A DNA stretch of 60,237 bases, taken from Fidelibacterota bacterium (lineage in GTDB: Bacteria; Fidelibacterota; Marinisomatia; Marinisomatales; Marinisomataceae). Numbering within the stretch: position 1 is the first letter of the stretch; the number at the start of each line of letters is the position of its first letter. A model generated the notes under the pieces. That model ran no database searches. It saw only the letters and a program-made list of their open reading frames with translations, and had not been told where the DNA came from. Below, piece after piece: positions 47,658 through 57,263 of the stretch. Position numbers and translations under genes: made by a program. The stretch spans positions 1 to 60,237 of the forward strand of contig JBJKZN010000029.1 in NCBI GenBank assembly GCA_045560315.1, written 5' to 3'.

Positions 47658-49133
47658 ATGGAAAATAAAAGTCTAAAACAAATTATTGCAAATCGTCTAG
47701 AGAAATTAGAGAAAATACGTGAATTAGGTGTCAATCCTTATCCATATGAGTTTAATACTACTCATACAACATCAGATATCACCAAAAAAAATCTCAATAA
47801 AAAGGTATCTGTAGCTGGAAGAGTAATGTCTTTAAGAAAAATGGGAAAAGCTGCTTTTGCTAACATCCAAGATGAACAAGGTAGAGTGCAATTATATATC
47901 GCAAAAGATGATGTAGGTGAAGACAACTACAATTTATTTAAGCTTGTTGATATTGGAGATTTTATTGGTATTGATGGTACAGTTTTTGTCACCAAAACAG
48001 ATGCATTGACTGTTAAAGCTCAACAAGTAACTGTGTTAAGTAAAAACTTAAGACCTATTCCTGATGTAAAAGAAAAGGATGGAGAAAAATACAACTCAGT
48101 ATCAGATAAAGAATTAAGATATAGAAAACGTTATCTCGATATGATTATTAATCCTGAAACAAAAGATAATTATATCAAAAGGTTTAAAATAATTAACTCT
48201 ATAAGAGAGTTTCTAAATAAAAATGGCTATATAGAGGTTGAGACACCAGTTTTACAACCAATTTATGGTGGGGCAAATGCTAAGCCTTTTAAAACATTTC
48301 ATAATGCATTAGACCAAGAATTTTTCCTAAGAATTGCTACCGAACTTTATTTAAAGCAATTAATCGTGGGTGGATTTGAAAAAGTCTATGAAATGTCCAA
48401 GGATTTTAGAAATGAAGGCATTGATCGTAGCCATAATCCAGAGTTTACTATGCTTGAATTTTATCAAGCTTATGCAGATTACAACTTTATGATGGATTTT
48501 GTAGAAGACATGTTTAAAAAAGTAGCAAAAGATTTAGGTGTTAAGAATATATCATGGGATGGGAATGATATTAATATATCTAAAAAGTTTGCAAGAAAAA
48601 CAATGGATGAATTAATTAAGGAACATACTGGGCATTCTATAGATTTAACTGATAGTAAGGCAGTATTTGATCTATGCAAGACATTAGATCTAAAAGTTAA
48701 GAAGAGTGACAGTCTTGCAAAGATGATTGATGAAATAATGAGAAGAAAAGTAGAACCAAACTTAATTAATCCCACTTATGTAATGAATCATCCTGTAGAA
48801 ATTTCTCCATTGGCAAAAGTCAATAGGGATGGAGATAAAAATTTTACTGAAAGATTTGAATTATTTATTGCAGGTATGGAATTTGCAAATGGATTTTCTG
48901 AGCTAAATGATCCTATAGATCAAAGAAAGCGATTTGAAGACCAATCAGCTAAAAAAGATGGCGGAGATGAAGAAGCGTTCCCTGTTGATGAAAATTTCTT
49001 AGAAGCTATAGAGACTGGAATGCCTCCAACTGCAGGAGTTGGTATTGGAATTGATCGATTAGTTATGTTATTTATTGATACTAGGTGGATTAGAGATGCA
49101 ATTATCTTTCCCACACTCAAATCTTTAAAATGA
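47658..49133 (+). CDS. lysS: lysyl-tRNA synthetase (class II)
   Basis: OB anticodon-binding N-domain plus class II motifs (FRNEGIDRSHNPEFTMLEFY, GIGIDRLVM). The prfB-lysS order is conserved. Confidence 0.95.
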   Translation: MENKSLKQIIANRLEKLEKIRELGVNPYPYEFNTTHTTSDITKKNLNKKVSVAGRVMSLRKMGKAAFANIQDEQGRVQLYIAKDDVGEDNYNLFKLVDIGDFIGIDGTVFVTKTDALTVKAQQVTVLSKNLRPIPDVKEKDGEKYNSVSDKELRYRKRYLDMIINPETKDNYIKRFKIINSIREFLNKNGYIEVETPVLQPIYGGANAKPFKTFHNALDQEFFLRIATELYLKQLIVGGFEKVYEMSKDFRNEGIDRSHNPEFTMLEFYQAYADYNFMMDFVEDMFKKVAKDLGVKNISWDGNDINISKKFARKTMDELIKEHTGHSIDLTDSKAVFDLCKTLDLKVKKSDSLAKMIDEIMRRKVEPNLINPTYVMNHPVEISPLAKVNRDGDKNFTERFELFIAGMEFANGFSELNDPIDQRKRFEDQSAKKDGGDEEAFPVDENFLEAIETGMPPTAGVGIGIDRLVMLFIDTRWIRDAIIFPTLKSLK

Positions 49134-50305
49134 AATTAGTTTTTCTTGTCTTAAGAAGACTATTTTTTTCATCACAAAGTAATTTTCTTTTCAAAATTAC
49201 AAATATTGTTTCTATTGTAAGTTTAGCTCTAGGTATAGCTTCATTAAATATTGTATTAGGAGCGGTAGAAGGATTTGAAAGTAAAGTATCTGAGAAGCTT
49301 TCTTATATTAATGGCTATACAACTGTTAATCATTTATTTGAAGACGAATTCGTTGTAAATGAATCTGAATTATTACCTGATTTTTATAATGAATATGGAA
49401 GCAGATTAACTCCGTATATTGAGAAACCGGGAATTCTTAAATCACAATCTAATAGCAGTAATGTTATGATATATGGTTTAAGAGATAAAGAATTTAGAGA
49501 TTATAATCTATTCAATAGATCCAATATTAATATTGAAGATATTAATCCAAATGAAGTTATTGTTGGTAGTGTTCTTGCAAAAAATCTTGATTTATCGATA
49601 GGAGATGAGATTATTCTTTTTAATCCATTATCTTCTCAAAGATTGATAGGAAATAATAAATTTTTATTATTAAAAATAAGAGAGATATATCACTCAGGTA
49701 TAGATGAATACGATTCAAGATTAATTTTTATGCCGATTACTACTGTTCAATCCTATTTTAATAAAGAAAATATGATTAGTGGTTGGATTAACTTTGATAA
49801 TTCTTTAGAAATGGAGAATGTGGATTATCCATTCTATCAATTGCACTTAGAAGACAGGCATAGAGATTTATTTGAATGGATTAATACGCAGCAATGGCCC
49901 ATTATTTTTATTTTTAGTCTAATTGCATTAGTATCCTATTTTAATTTGATGGGATCAATCAACATCCTTTTTTATGAGAAAAGATTTAATCTAGCAATTA
50001 TGAAGACCTATGGAATGTCCAATAGAAAGTTATCACTGATATTTATCATTCAAGGAATATTTTTAGCATTTATTGGAGCAATATTGGGAGTTATTTTGGC
50101 TCTATTATTTATTTTTATGCAAGAGAAATTTCATTTTATCTCATTAGCTGAGAATATTTATTTTGTTAGTTATTTGCCAGTCATATTCAGTATAAATAAT
50201 GCTATATATACACTGCTCATTAGTGTATTATGTAGCATATTATTTTCAAGTATTTCTCTCAAATATCTTTTATCTATTAATCCATCTAAAATATTAAAAA
50301 ATTAA
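49130..50305 (+). CDS. LolC/LolE-family (FtsX-like) ABC transporter permease
   Basis: N-terminal TM helix, large periplasmic MacB-like domain, and three C-terminal TM helices of the FtsX domain. Confidence 0.8.
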   Translation: MKLVFLVLRRLFFSSQSNFLFKITNIVSIVSLALGIASLNIVLGAVEGFESKVSEKLSYINGYTTVNHLFEDEFVVNESELLPDFYNEYGSRLTPYIEKPGILKSQSNSSNVMIYGLRDKEFRDYNLFNRSNINIEDINPNEVIVGSVLAKNLDLSIGDEIILFNPLSSQRLIGNNKFLLLKIREIYHSGIDEYDSRLIFMPITTVQSYFNKENMISGWINFDNSLEMENVDYPFYQLHLEDRHRDLFEWINTQQWPIIFIFSLIALVSYFNLMGSINILFYEKRFNLAIMKTYGMSNRKLSLIFIIQGIFLAFIGAILGVILALLFIFMQEKFHFISLAENIYFVSYLPVIFSINNAIYTLLISVLCSILFSSISLKYLLSINPSKILKN

Positions 50306-51453
50306 TGAAGACTATATTTCTAATAGCAAAACGTTTTTTGATGCCGCGCAATGTAATTGAGGGCGGTATTATTAATCTTATATCTTTTTTAGGATTATTT
50401 ATTGGTGCTGCATCAATTATCTTGTCGATAGCAGTTCTTAATGGATTTCAAAGCATCCTTCAAGATGAGACAAGAAAAATATATGGAGATTACGCCCTTG
50501 TTGAATTTGATTATATTAAAGATAGAGAATTAATAACCAGTCTTGAGAACAATAATATTAAATATGCTCCATTTTATCAGGAAGAATTTTTTGTATCAAA
50601 AAATAATAAACAATCTTTAGTAAGCTTAAAGACTATTGCTAGTACAAAGTTTGAGAACTTCTATGATCTAAAATTGATTGAAAATAACAAAGAATTAAAT
50701 GATGGAGAAATTATTATTGGACAATCTTTAGCAGATAGGATGGACTTTAGTATTGGCGACTCTATTTCAATGTACAGTACCAAGCTTAATATGAGTTATT
50801 TGGCGATGCCATTAACGAAAGAATTCATTATAAAAGATATTTTTAGCAATAGAATATTAAGATCTGATGAATTTCTAATGTTTACAGTGTCTGAAAATGA
50901 TAGTCCGATTGATGAAACATTTACTGATGTGGAGATTCTTGGAGAAATAGATAATATTACGAGTGTAAAAGAAGCTAATATTGTGTCATGGAAGGAGCGC
51001 AATAAACAATTGTTTGATGCAACTGAGATTGAGAAGAAAATAACCTTCTTCACATTGTTTCTTATAATAGTAGTGGCCTCCTTTAACTTATCTTCATCTA
51101 TAATGCAAATTGCAACCAAAAAAACAAGAGAAATGGCAATTCTAAGCACTCTTGGAATGAAAAAAGGTAATATATCTAGCATATTTTTAGTTTATGGATA
51201 TTTACTTGCATTATCTGCTATAATTAGTGGTATTTTATTTGCTCTCTTGATTATATATATACAAAATACATTCGGAGTGTTTATGTTGAATCCTGAATTT
51301 TATCTAGTAAGCATACTTCCTATGGAAATTAGTTTTAAAGATATTGCTTTGTTGTTATTTTACTCTATAATAATTATTGGTTTATTTGCAACATTACCTT
51401 TAATGCTTATTAAAAAAATACGCCCAGTTGAATTGATAAATAAAAACATATGA
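50305..51453 (+). CDS. LolC/LolE-family (FtsX-like) ABC transporter permease, paralogue
   Basis: Same architecture as the preceding gene. TAATG coupling. Confidence 0.8.
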   Translation: MKTIFLIAKRFLMPRNVIEGGIINLISFLGLFIGAASIILSIAVLNGFQSILQDETRKIYGDYALVEFDYIKDRELITSLENNNIKYAPFYQEEFFVSKNNKQSLVSLKTIASTKFENFYDLKLIENNKELNDGEIIIGQSLADRMDFSIGDSISMYSTKLNMSYLAMPLTKEFIIKDIFSNRILRSDEFLMFTVSENDSPIDETFTDVEILGEIDNITSVKEANIVSWKERNKQLFDATEIEKKITFFTLFLIIVVASFNLSSSIMQIATKKTREMAILSTLGMKKGNISSIFLVYGYLLALSAIISGILFALLIIYIQNTFGVFMLNPEFYLVSILPMEISFKDIALLLFYSIIIIGLFATLPLMLIKKIRPVELINKNI

Positions 51454-52109
51454 TACTATCAGTTAAAAATCTCAAGAAGACCTTTAAAGATGGCGATAGA
51501 AAGCTTGAAGTCCTAAAAGGAATTAGTTTTGATCTTAATAAGGGAGAGATCTTAACTATTAAAGGACCATCCGGTTCTGGAAAATCTACTTTATTAAGCT
51601 TATTAGGTACTTTAGATGAGCCAGATAGCGGAGAAATAATAATTAACAGTAATAATCTCAATGATATTGAAGACTATGACCTCATAAGAAATACTCACAT
51701 TGGATTTATATTCCAATTTCATAATCTTATCGCTGAGTTAAATATTTTTGAGAATGTTACTATTCCGACGCTTATAGCAGGAAATGAGGTTGATACAGCT
51801 TATGTAGAAGATTTATTTAATTACTTTGATTTATCAGATCGTAAGAAATCTTTTCCCTTAGATCTTTCTGGAGGAGAAAAACAAAGAGTTTCTGCAATGA
51901 GAGCTATTATCAACAAACCTTCAATAATTATAGCAGATGAACCAACAGGGAACTTAGATGAGGACAATGCTATTAAAATGATTGATTTATTTCAAAAATT
52001 AAATGACGATTTTAATCTAACTTTTGTCATTACTACTCATGATGATAAGGTATTTAGCATAGGTAAAAGAAAAATGAACCTATATGATGGAACTCTCATA
52101 GAATTATAG
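51450..52109 (+). CDS. lolD: LolD-like ABC transporter ATP-binding protein
   Basis: GPSGSGKST, LSGGEKQRVSAMRA and ADEPTGNLD motifs. ATGA coupling to the permease gene. Confidence 0.85.
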   Translation: MILSVKNLKKTFKDGDRKLEVLKGISFDLNKGEILTIKGPSGSGKSTLLSLLGTLDEPDSGEIIINSNNLNDIEDYDLIRNTHIGFIFQFHNLIAELNIFENVTIPTLIAGNEVDTAYVEDLFNYFDLSDRKKSFPLDLSGGEKQRVSAMRAIINKPSIIIADEPTGNLDEDNAIKMIDLFQKLNDDFNLTFVITTHDDKVFSIGKRKMNLYDGTLIEL

Positions 52110-52121
52110 AATAATACCTTA

Positions 52122-52142
52122 TATATGCCATATAGGCATATA
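52122..52142. promoter_or_regulatory. 8-5-8 inverted repeat TATATGCC-ATATA-GGCATATA in the dnaK upstream region (candidate operator)
   Basis: Perfect 8-bp arms read directly from the sequence, in the largest intergenic gap of the window. A third GGCATA copy lies at 52173-52178. Confidence 0.3.
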
Positions 52143-52171
52143 ATTTGTCAAATATGACATATATATTATCC

Positions 52172-52187
52172 TGGCATACTCTTTGCA
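52172..52187 (+). promoter_or_regulatory. sigma-54-like -24/-12 promoter element upstream of dnaK
   Basis: TGGCATACTCTTTGCA has the GG and GC dinucleotides in the exact consensus spacing of TGGCAC-N5-TTGCW. It lies 39 nt before the dnaK ATG, with AGGAGA (52215-52220) in the predicted leader. Confidence 0.3.
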
Positions 52188-52225
52188 TCTATATATAGCG
52201 AAAACTAAAATATTAGGAGAATTTT

Positions 52226-54139
52226 ATGGGAAAAATAATTGGAATTGATTTAGGTACAACAAACTCTTGTGTAGCAGTAATGGAAGGTGGAGAGCCGACC
52301 GTTATTACTAGCCCTGAAGGTGGAAGAACTACGCCATCAGTGATAGGTTTTACAAAAGAAGGTGATCGTTTAGTAGGTGATCCTGCAAAACGTCAAGCTG
52401 TAACTAATCCCAATAATACTGTTTATTCAATTAAAAGATTTATGGGCAGAACTCCTGCTGAAATCAAAAAAGATATCAAAGAGGTAGCGTATAAGGTTTC
52501 TGTAGATGGTGCTAAAGTGAATGTCGAGGCAAATGGTAAGAAATACCAGCCTCAAGAAATTAGTGCTATGGTTCTGCAAAAAATGAAACAAATGGCTGAA
52601 CAATATCTTGGAACAGATGTTACGGATGCTGTTATTACTGTACCTGCATATTTTAATGATTCACAAAGAAAGGCAACGAAAGATGCAGGAAAAATTGCAG
52701 GACTAAATGTTAAGAGAATTATCAATGAACCTACTGCTGCATCGTTAGCCTATGGATTTGATAAAAAGAAAGATGAAAAAGTAGCTGTATTTGATTTAGG
52801 TGGAGGTACTTTTGATATATCTATTCTTGATATCTTAAATGATGAAGGTCAAACAATAGAAGTTAATGCAAGTAACGGTGATGGGAGATTAGGTGGAGAT
52901 GATTTTGATCAGAAAGTTGTCGATTGGTTAGCTGATGAATTCAATAAGAATGAAGGGATTGATTTAAGGAAAGATCCAATGGCTTTACAAAGATTGAAAG
53001 AGGCTGCAGAGAGCGCTAAGAAAGAACTTTCATCTTCAAAGCAAACAGAAATTAATTTACCATTCATAACCGCTGATTCTTCAGGTCCAAAGCATTTAAA
53101 TATTACATTAACTAGAGCCACTTTTGAAAAGCTAGTTGCAGATCTTGTTGAGAAAGTCGTAGGACCATGTAAGCAAGCGTTAAAAGATGCGAAGCTCAAT
53201 CCTAAGGATGTTAATGAGGTAATTTTAGTTGGTGGTTCAACTAGAATTCCTGCGGTTCAAAGCAAAGTAAAAGAAATATTTGGAAAAGATCCTAATCAAA
53301 GTGTTAATCCCGATGAAGTTGTAGCTCTTGGAGCAGCTATACAAGCAGGCGTATTAGCAGGAGATGTGGATGATGTATTATTGCTTGATGTTACACCATT
53401 AACTTTAGGTATTGAAACTATGGGCGGTGTTGCAACAGGTTTAATTGAAAAAAATACAACGATTCCAACTCAAAAATCTCAAATCTTTAGTACTGCAGCT
53501 GATAACCAGCCAATGGTAGAAATCCATGTCGTTCAAGGAGAGAGACAGTTAGCTGGAGATAACAAAAGTCTAGGGAGATTTCATTTAGATGGAATTCCTC
53601 CTGCACCAAGAGGTACTCCACAAATCGAAGTGACATTTGATATGGATGCCGATGGTATTTTAAATGTTAAAGCTACAGATAAAGCTACCAGTAAAGAGCA
53701 AAGCATTAGAATTGAAGCTCAAAGCGGTCTATCTGATCAAGAAATTGAAAAGATGGTAAATGATGCTAAGAAACATGAAGCAGAAGATAAGGTTAAAAAA
53801 GAAGAGATTGAGACAAAAAATCAAGGAGAACAGTTAGTTTATCAGACAGAAAAACAAATGAAAGATTTGGAAGATAAATTAAGTGAAGATGATAAAAAAG
53901 ATCTTAATGATGCTTTAGATCAGTTAAAAACAGCAAACGCTTCAGGGAATACTGAGGACATCAAGAAAGAAATTGAAAATATCAATGCTGTATGGAGTTC
54001 TAAATCTTCTAGTATGTATGCAAATTCTACAGAAGGTACAGAACCTCCTATGCAAGGAACTACAAGCTCAGAACCTTCATCTGAAAAGAAAGATGATAAA
54101 AAGATTGAAGATGCAGATTTTGAAGTTGTCGATGACTAG
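52226..54139 (+). CDS. dnaK: molecular chaperone DnaK (Hsp70)
   Basis: [32 protein letters not shown]. 637 aa, with AGGAGA as the SD. Confidence 0.98.
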   Translation: MGKIIGIDLGTTNSCVAVMEGGEPTVITSPEGGRTTPSVIGFTKEGDRLVGDPAKRQAVTNPNNTVYSIKRFMGRTPAEIKKDIKEVAYKVSVDGAKVNVEANGKKYQPQEISAMVLQKMKQMAEQYLGTDVTDAVITVPAYFNDSQRKATKDAGKIAGLNVKRIINEPTAASLAYGFDKKKDEKVAVFDLGGGTFDISILDILNDEGQTIEVNASNGDGRLGGDDFDQKVVDWLADEFNKNEGIDLRKDPMALQRLKEAAESAKKELSSSKQTEINLPFITADSSGPKHLNITLTRATFEKLVADLVEKVVGPCKQALKDAKLNPKDVNEVILVGGSTRIPAVQSKVKEIFGKDPNQSVNPDEVVALGAAIQAGVLAGDVDDVLLLDVTPLTLGIETMGGVATGLIEKNTTIPTQKSQIFSTAADNQPMVEIHVVQGERQLAGDNKSLGRFHLDGIPPAPRGTPQIEVTFDMDADGILNVKATDKATSKEQSIRIEAQSGLSDQEIEKMVNDAKKHEAEDKVKKEEIETKNQGEQLVYQTEKQMKDLEDKLSEDDKKDLNDALDQLKTANASGNTEDIKKEIENINAVWSSKSSSMYANSTEGTEPPMQGTTSSEPSSEKKDDKKIEDADFEVVDD

Positions 54140-54151
54140 ATTTTAGATTTT

Positions 54152-54200
54152 TTATTAGGCTATTAATAGTTAGTTTTTAAACAAATGAATAGCCTAATAA
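54152..54200 (+). promoter_or_regulatory. 13-bp perfect inverted repeat (TTATTAGGCTATT ... AATAGCCTAATAA) spanning the dnaK 3' UTR and the first codons of the next gene
   Basis: Arms at 54152-54164 and 54188-54200 with a 23-nt loop ending in the ATG at 54185-54187. No T-run follows, so it is not a canonical intrinsic terminator. Confidence 0.3.
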
Positions 54201-55384
54201 CAAAAATACTTAGAACATTCTTTAGTATAATTATCACATTTATTCTATGTATAATTATCGTTACCATTTCCTTATATATCTATATAGGAAAAGGATTAGA
54301 ATTTGAAATTGATCAATCAAACTCTCTTATAGCTTCTCTGTCAGAGGAGTATAGTATTGATTTTGACAAATCATCTACTATTAATCTTGTTGCAGATAGC
54401 GATAAAGTAGATGTGTATATCTTACTAAAAGATGTCATTGTGGATAATGATAATAAGAATATACTAAAAGCCCCTAATGCTTCATTAAAAACTCATTTTT
54501 CTTACACAAATATTATGATGTTAGGAAATCTTTTCTTTGACAATCAGAGAATAAGTTATAATCTAGTTGATGCTGTAAATATTCATTTGAATGAACCTAC
54601 CTTAAATATAAAATATATTAATAGTTTAGAGAGCGATAGTATTTCAAAGGATAGTGAATTTTTTCCATTAAATATCAAGGCAGAGAGTGGAGTATTATTT
54701 GATGGTGTATTAGAGTTGGGAACATTCTCTATGGCATTAAATCTGAATCAATTTGAAAACAAATCAGAGATTCAAAGCTATTCTTTTGAATTAGAATCTC
54801 ACAAAGAATTTCCAGCTGATTACATAGGACAGTTTTTTGAAGAAGTAGTTTTGCTTTATGATGAAAATGAATCAGTTTATTTCAATATAGATATTAAAGA
54901 TCAAGAGGCAAATACACTTGAAAATACACAGACATTAAATGGAACATTAAGAGTAAGAGACACTAAGCTTGATTTAAAAGAATTTCCAGTAGAGTTGAAG
55001 CCAGAATCTATTAGAAATCTGAATATAGACCTTAATGTTATTGATAATATAGGCCAGATTAATTTTTTAGGATCTGTAACTAATCCAAAAGTCAAATTGA
55101 AGCTACAGAAAGATCCTAATCTACAGATTACAGGATCGATAGATTTTGAAGAAACATCGGAACCATATTTAAATTTAACAGTAAATGGAACAGATATATA
55201 TTTTGCAAAATTAGATAATGGCAATCTTAACGGAATAACAGATTTAAGGGTCTTAATCTCTGGGAAAAATGTATTAGATTTAGCTGGAGAGCTAAATATA
55301 AAGAAAAGTAATGGATTTCTAGTGCCGTTAACAAATAGCACATTTGAAACTCAACATATTGTAAAGAAGGAAAATGATGAATAA
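54185..55384 (+). CDS. hypothetical N-terminally anchored envelope protein (AsmA/TamB-like repeats?)
   Basis: One N-terminal TM helix (FFSIIITFILCIIIVTISLYIYI), then an Asn-rich, beta-rich region with repeated L.G.l.v......l patterns. It overlaps the moxR start by 11 nt. Confidence 0.6.
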   Translation: MNSLITKILRTFFSIIITFILCIIIVTISLYIYIGKGLEFEIDQSNSLIASLSEEYSIDFDKSSTINLVADSDKVDVYILLKDVIVDNDNKNILKAPNASLKTHFSYTNIMMLGNLFFDNQRISYNLVDAVNIHLNEPTLNIKYINSLESDSISKDSEFFPLNIKAESGVLFDGVLELGTFSMALNLNQFENKSEIQSYSFELESHKEFPADYIGQFFEEVVLLYDENESVYFNIDIKDQEANTLENTQTLNGTLRVRDTKLDLKEFPVELKPESIRNLNIDLNVIDNIGQINFLGSVTNPKVKLKLQKDPNLQITGSIDFEETSEPYLNLTVNGTDIYFAKLDNGNLNGITDLRVLISGKNVLDLAGELNIKKSNGFLVPLTNSTFETQHIVKKENDE

Positions 55385-56372
55385 AGATGCACTAAATCGA
55401 TTGAATGCAAAGATTGCAAAGAAATCGGTATTTATTAAAGATTTGAAAGACGGAATTGGACAGGTCATTGTTGGACAGAATGATCTTATAGATAAGATAC
55501 TAATATCTGTTATATCTAATGGTCATATATTACTGGAAGGAGTACCTGGTCTAGCTAAAACTCTAACTATTAATACTGTTGCTAACTTAATTAGCGCTGA
55601 ATTTAAGAGAATTCAATTTACACCAGATATGCTACCTGCAGATTTGCTAGGTACTTTGATATATAATCAAAAGACAGGTGATTTTATGACAAAGAAAGGA
55701 CCAATTTTTTCCAATATTATTTTAGCAGATGAAATCAATAGAGCTCCTTCAAAGGTACAAAGTGCTTTGCTTGAAGCAATGCAAGAAAGGCAAGTTACTA
55801 TTGGAGAAGAAACATTTAAACTTGATTTACCTTTCCTTGTATTAGCTACACAGAATCCTATTGAGCAAGAAGGAACTTATCCATTGCCTGAAGCTCAAGT
55901 AGATCGTTTTATGTTAAAGGTTCTTGTTGATTATCCATCAATAGAAGAAGAAAAAGAGATTTTGTCTAGAGTAGCAAAAACTAATTTAGAGAAAAAACAA
56001 AAACCTGTAGTGAACGCTAAGAAGATTTTAGAAGCCCAAAAACTGCTCAATGATATTTATATCGCACCTAAGATTCTTGATTATATATTGAATATTGTTT
56101 TTGCAACAAGAAGTCCTGAAAAATTTAAATTAGGTCAACTCAAAGATTTGATTAGTTTCGGTGCTTCTCCTAGAGCATCAATTAATTTAGTATTGGCAGC
56201 TAAAGCAAAAGCATTTATCGATGGAAGAGGTTATGTTATTCCAGAAGATATAAGATATATAGGAAAAGACGTTTTAAGACATAGAATGTTGCTATCTTAT
56301 GAAGCAGAGGCAGAAGAAGTCACATCAGAAGAATTAATTAATCAGTTATTTAAAGAGATTCCTGTTCCATAA
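55374..56372 (+). CDS. MoxR-family AAA+ ATPase
   Basis: GHILLEGVPGLAKT Walker A, ILADEINRA Walker B, ATQNPIEQEGTYPLPEAQVDRF. Confidence 0.9.
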   Translation: MMNKDALNRLNAKIAKKSVFIKDLKDGIGQVIVGQNDLIDKILISVISNGHILLEGVPGLAKTLTINTVANLISAEFKRIQFTPDMLPADLLGTLIYNQKTGDFMTKKGPIFSNIILADEINRAPSKVQSALLEAMQERQVTIGEETFKLDLPFLVLATQNPIEQEGTYPLPEAQVDRFMLKVLVDYPSIEEEKEILSRVAKTNLEKKQKPVVNAKKILEAQKLLNDIYIAPKILDYILNIVFATRSPEKFKLGQLKDLISFGASPRASINLVLAAKAKAFIDGRGYVIPEDIRYIGKDVLRHRMLLSYEAEAEEVTSEELINQLFKEIPVP

Positions 56373-56381
56373 TTCTATATT

Positions 56382-57260
56382 ATGTCAAAAGACATACTAA
56401 AAAAAGTTCGACAAATAGAAATCAGAACTAAAAATATTGTAAATGATTTTTTTGGTGGAGATTATCATTCCAATTTTAAAGGTCGAGGCATGACTTTTTC
56501 TGAAGTAAGAGAGTATCAACACGGCGATGATGTTAGATTCATTGACTGGAATGTTACTGCAAGGACAGGGAAGCCTTATATAAAGATATTTGAAGAAGAG
56601 AGAGAACTTACAGTACTACTTCTTATTGATGTTAGCAGCTCCGGAGTTTTTGGTTCAAAAAGTATATTAAAAGTTGATTTAGGTATTGAGATTGCAGCAA
56701 TGTTAGGGTTTTCTGCTATCAAGAATAATGACAAAGTTGGATTGATTCTATTTAACGATGATATAGTAAAATATATACCTCCAAAAAAAGGTAAATCTCA
56801 TGTATTGCGCTTAATAACTGACTTGGTCAACCATGACTACAATAAAGATCAAAATCAAACATCAATTAAAAATGCCTTAGAGTTTGCAAGTAAGATTTCT
56901 AGAAGAAAAAATGTTATGTTTGTGATTTCAGATTTTATGGATGATAATTTTTGGACAGAAATGAAATACTTAAATTTCAATCATGATGTCATAGGTATAC
57001 AGATATATGATATCTTTGAAAAAGAATTCCCAAACTTAGGTTTAATTAATGTGCATAATTCTGAATCAAATGAAAAAGTATGGATTGATACATCTAGCGA
57101 TAGAATACGGTCTGATTTTTCAAAAGATTTTTCTGATCGTTTAAATGGCTTTGCGCAAAGTTGCAAGAATATTGGTTTTGATTTAATACAAATAGCAACC
57201 AATGAAGACTATATTAAAGCTCTTACTAATTTCTTTAAAAGAAGAGCTAAACGTTCCTAG
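56382..57260 (+). CDS. DUF58 (vWA-like) protein, MoxR partner
   Basis: REYQHGDDVRFIDWNVTARTGKPYIKIFEEEREL is the DUF58 signature. A DxSxS-like motif (IDVSSSG) follows. Confidence 0.8.
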   Translation: MSKDILKKVRQIEIRTKNIVNDFFGGDYHSNFKGRGMTFSEVREYQHGDDVRFIDWNVTARTGKPYIKIFEEERELTVLLLIDVSSSGVFGSKSILKVDLGIEIAAMLGFSAIKNNDKVGLILFNDDIVKYIPPKKGKSHVLRLITDLVNHDYNKDQNQTSIKNALEFASKISRRKNVMFVISDFMDDNFWTEMKYLNFNHDVIGIQIYDIFEKEFPNLGLINVHNSESNEKVWIDTSSDRIRSDFSKDFSDRLNGFAQSCKNIGFDLIQIATNEDYIKALTNFFKRRAKRS

Positions 57261-57263
57261 TAT

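Noticed and set aside
52110-52225. CIRCE (HrcA) or HAIR (HspR) operator upstream of dnaK
   Set aside because: I looked for TTAGCACTC-N9-GAGTGCTAA and CTTGAGT-N7-ACTCAAG. Neither is present, nor any close variant.
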